A DNA stretch of 64,000 nt from Tubulanus polymorphus (Eukaryota > Animalia > Nemertea), in NCBI RefSeq assembly GCF_964204645.1, contig NC_134026.1:20866150-20930149 (forward strand), given 5' to 3'. Positions 59,701 through 64,000 of this stretch are shown in pieces (the first letter of the stretch is position 1; every line of letters starts with the position of its first letter). The notes beneath the pieces were generated by a model that saw only the letters and a list, made by a program, of their open reading frames with translations, ran no database searches and was not told the DNA's origin. The translations under genes and the position numbers were made by a program.

Positions 59701-61691
59701 CAAACAAGCCTAATCTTTTTGGTACTCGCATGACAATTTCTTGAAATCAAAAGCCTATTATATCCAGCAAAAAATCGATTGAAAATGAACTTAATCTAGA
59801 CGACGTTAACCAGACTATGAACTCATGCCACCTGGTGGCACAGCTACACTAGCGTTGCATGTTCCCTATTGCGTAAAGTTTGAAGTCTCCAATCTTTTTT
59901 TCATGGATTGTATATCGTTTATGAATTGTTTTTAGCCATATGACGTATGCCTAATAATTCTAAACCAGTCCTTTAATCATCATGCATCGAACTATATACG
60001 CATGTATCCACATAAATATATCTATACTTATTATTACTCTAATACGATCTAAAGTTCGCGTTACTGATCATAGTTAACTACTTAATTTGGAGTATATTCA
60101 ATGCTGGAGTCCTTGGCCTGAAACTGAAAAGACGGAGAGGCATGGAAAATCAATGTTTCGGAAAAAAAATTTAAGTCAATCATTTCGCCGGTAGAAATAA
60201 ATCACAAAATCATACATCATATATGTAACAGTGGGAAGCGGGGCAAAATAATGTGCGTCAGGTACGGTACATCAATCATTAAAATATACGACAATCAAAC
60301 TCTAGTCTAAATACGATTAAAGTTAACCGGTCAACTTGAAAACACTTCAAATTCGATTGTTAAGCTTTTCGCAAAAAAACGCAGCAAAGTGACCGATAGC
60401 AAAACTGAGGTTGAATTTTTTCATGAAACCAAGTCCGGAGAATAAAACGTGCGTACGAACGATGCTCATAATTGCGCAAACACCGACGGTGTCCAAAATT
60501 TCGAGGATAGATTCCAACGACGAGACCGGTTCAAAATTCGACCAGTTTCATAAAGGTCTCGGTAGGATGAAGCGAATAATCGCATTACAGGCCTGCGAAG
60601 CCGTTGTCATTTCATTAGGGCGTTTCTTCGAAACTGTCATCTTCATCGAACAGACAAACGCAATTAATCGCATGATCGGCTTTTCAAAATGCGGTGGTAA
60701 TCGAGTAAAATCAATGATGTACGTCGGTAGTAAATCATGAAGTACATGTATATGCAATGAAATCGACTGTTCTATATGGCCGCGATCACACAACACTTTT
60801 GGCCTCGGTGTGCTAGGCACGATCAAAACATCAGACCAGGCCCGAGCCAAATCTTAACATGGGTCAAATTATTGCGTGCTAATTGCTACATGTTTCAGAA
60901 GGCATCCGCTTCGCTTTGTTTAAGCGTTGTTTAGTATCGAGTGAGTGGTTTGCGCATAAGCGCGCTCTCTAATTAGGCACGGGCCAGATCCATGCAAAAT
61001 CGTCTCCGCGTGATTGCGGCTCGTGTGTCAATGTTTTGGTTGATCGAGTTGCTTATGACAAAAATTCCCCCCCCCCACAATTCATAATAGACAATACATG
61101 TACCCGTACATTTACTACATGTGTATGCTTTGCATGTAAAAATGTACAAGGCGGAAAATGTTTTCAAGTGCAACAGGCAAAAACTATCTACAAATGTATA
61201 CAGATAAACGGTAATATAAATGCATGTATAAAACGTATATGAAATAGACATTAGGCTGACATGACGACGCTCTGCGAGCCGCGCAAGATTTTGAAATTAG
61301 ATTGAGCAGGCAGCGGAAGTAAAACCCTCTTCCGGTTAGCAATGCTAGCTAGCCCGCAAGATTAAAACTACCCTCTCGCCTCAAAAGTCTGCACTTACTC
61401 TTTCCTATTCCTTGTAAGAAGTACTGGAAACTAACTGCAAACTTGTCCGGCTGAAAAACAAAGATCGAATAGTTAATCAGACCAGCTTTCTAGCAATTTC
61501 ATCACACTTTGGCAAACAACAACAGGGTCAATATTATGCCTGCAGATGTGTTTAGGGTAGAAACATTTGTGTGAATCAAATAACAAGGCGATAGATCAAA
61601 GCTTGTTGAAAACCCTTCAAAATTACTTAGTTATCTAATTAACTAGAAAAAAAAAATTTTTCATCGTCTTGCAATCCTAGAAATATTCATC

Positions 61692-62520
61692 AACAAGAGC
61701 CCCAAGGGGCACAATGGCCAGCCTGTCAGATTTGCTTTTTATAAATGATGTAATCTGTGGGTTATATTTATCCATATACACTCCCTGCTCAATATCATTT
61801 ACATAGTAAAATCGTGTGTTAACACAGACAGCAGGAACGAATGTAATATAGAAATACTAAGTTATTGTATTGTTCAACGCCCCCTGGTGGCCATAAAAAA
61901 ACCAATGAGCTTGAAACTCACCTCGATCATAGAACATGTCATGAGCTACAACTTTCCAATTGATTATAGTAGCAAAATATGCTTAAGTATCAATTATGAT
62001 GTGGGAAAACTTTTTTTCCACCTACGAATGAGTACTGATGACCCCAAGATGGCTGCCAAGTGCGTCATAATTGCCTGGTCAAAAATACCCTCTCGGATAT
62101 AAAAGATCCCTTTCCAAAGAATACCCATTACAAATTGCAATGAAACATGGCGCACCATTAGAAAGCTACAGTACTCAGAATTCAGGCCAAAATTGACATT
62201 TTTGGGAACAAAAAAGGTCACAGTACGGCCATCTTGAGTCCGATCGACTCAATTTTTCTCATGCCGATGGGCCCTCGGGGGATACAAATATATACGAATG
62301 ATCAAGGTTATTGATAAAAGTGTCTTCAAAATTTCCCTCGAAAACTTCAAAAATGTGTAAAAAGTGCTGATTTTGGCGAACAACAATGGCTGCCAGTCGG
62401 CCATCTTGAATCTGACAGGGCCAGTTTTTGGCCTGAAGATGTGTCTAGGGTAGATACACGTATAAAACAAATATCAAGACATTACCTTGAAGCGTCTTCA
62501 AAACTTTGGAACTAACACGA
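61692..62520. mobile_element. Helentron/HINE-like non-autonomous element with internal repeats
   Basis: Begins aacaagagccccaaggggc; repeated ggccatcttga (62228, 62400) and atggctgcc (62049, 62386). Confidence 0.5.
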
Positions 62521-62524
62521 ACTA

Positions 62525-62660
62525 TCTAGATGGTTATCTCTCGACCTCAATAGCTTCAAGACCCATCTCAAAACAACTTTGTTCCATGCAGCATACCATT
62601 AACTCTCGGAAAGCGAATTGTATTTAACATTTTTTGGCAGAATAAAATTTGATTGAATTT
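62525..62660 (+). mobile_element. L2/CR1-like LINE 3' end
   Basis: Encodes LNSFKTHLKTTLFHAAYH*, followed by aataaaatttgattga. Confidence 0.5.
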
Positions 62661-63469
62661 GCAATTCGGGCACATGGCTAATTAGCATATCAAGGTCATA
62701 CACCCGATTTGGTAAAACCTTTTTTTCGCGAACCTTGCGCAATTGTCAAGGATGAATTTTCTGTAGAGCAAATAAAAATTCCTCCCAAACACCAAATCAA
62801 CTAAAGATTTCATAGAAATCGATCTTGAAATACAATTTTAAATCTTAAAATAAAACCCGGAAGTAAAACAGTAGACAATACCGCGGATTCACGTGAACAC
62901 CTGATTTCTGTAAACGAAATGTTGGTTGTGACAAAATTGTTCAGACGGTTTTAGGTGGTAATAAGTACGGAAACGTAACGACCATGGTCGACTTATTCGA
63001 TGAAATCAGGCCTATGTGATATCCAAATTTTGACTTTTTTATTCTCCAGACCTCCCTGATATAGAAATAAAAAATTTTGGTGGTACGAAAGTGCAATCAC
63101 AGCGCCGACGGGGACAGAGCCGTGTCAGAGATCGGCGGAGTGAAAATTGAGGTGGACGAACACGAAGAAGTAGGCTATTGCGCTACTTGAATCACGAAAA
63201 CTCCTGGCGCGGCCCCGACGCTTTTCGTTGATTAAGTAATACAAATATCATGCAATGGGTTTTCACAATCTACCGCTGGTATTTACCGGATTTCAATATC
63301 ACTCCAAAATTCAAAGAAACCTCGAAATATCGAACCGGAACACTTCCGGTAGATATCCGTGGCTGCCCAACCGGGAAACTTATTTGTTTCAATAGATATT
63401 GATAGGATCCATCATCTTCACCCGTCAAGGGATTCGAACCCACTAAGCTAAAGCCATGCCAGAATCGGG

Positions 63470-63700
63470 TCGGGCCAATCACAGCGCTTGTAACAAACCA
63501 CATTAGGCTTCTGTGGAATTTCCCAGTAAATGGGCCAATCAGCGAACACGTAGCGAACGCGGAAGTATTGTCGCGTGTTGATACATGACGTCATGCGCAA
63601 AAGCGCCAGTAATGAAATCGCGATAATTCACGTGAACAGCTGCTGATATTTTCAGATAAACCAATCACAGGGAAGACACAACTTCCTGATTGGCTGATAA
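63470..63700. promoter_or_regulatory. Promoter-like motif cluster
   Basis: CCAAT boxes at about 63475, 63535, 63661 and 63689 (reverse); ETS CGGAAGT at about 63560; CRE TGACGTCA at about 63586; E-box CACGTG at about 63630; CpG-rich. Confidence 0.45.
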
Positions 63701-64000
63701 AAATTGAAATTTTCCCGATTTAACTTTCGTGAAAAATGCAGAAAACATTTTTATGAGACCCTATTTCAAAATTCTGCTCGCTACGATTCCGAGAATGGAT
63801 TACGCTTAAATACGTGATTTGTTCGAATATGCCCTCACTTGGCAAGCAAAAGAGCCTTTTGTGTGGAAACCATGTCATTTAAATTCGCTCCATTTGTATA
63901 GTAATAGGCTCAGCCTACGGCTGGCCTAAAAATGAATTTGCATATCTCAGTCTTAGTGAGACCAGCACACTCTGTGAAGTATGTAGGGAATGTTAACAAC

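Noticed and set aside
60336-60850. Minus ORF continuing past a TGA at 60548 (possible selenocysteine readthrough)
   Set aside because: No selenoprotein motif, no SECIS seen, and no credible ATG or splice context.

Overview
AT-rich, intron-rich animal genomic DNA with GT-AG introns and no prokaryotic features. It is probably from a marine invertebrate that keeps ciliary Hedgehog components; the taxon is inferred, not determined. In order, the window holds: (1) a multi-exon EVC-like gene on the minus strand (CDS 896-11806), head-to-head with (2) a multi-exon EVC2/limbin-like gene on the plus strand (about 13330-30508), whose ectodomain is unusually long (about 690 aa), with Ig/DUF11-like modules and a polybasic furin-type site; (3) NSUN2 with a single-exon, CpG-rich CDS (minus); (4) a single-exon class A orphan GPCR flanked by a duplicated upstream element; (5) a young 5'-truncated RTE-X-like LINE nested in an older L1/Tx1 remnant; (6) a 10-exon SLC49A3/MFSD7 gene with tandem M-box/CLEAR-like motifs at its start; (7) the probable last exon and long 3'UTR of an unidentified minus-strand gene, then promoter-like tracts. 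Introns and intergenic DNA carry many MITEs, Helentron-like elements, SINE/LINE remnants, Penelope-type minimal hammerhead motifs and strongly enriched TA-NNNN-TA palindromes that look like transposon excision footprints. All exon boundaries and counts were read by eye.
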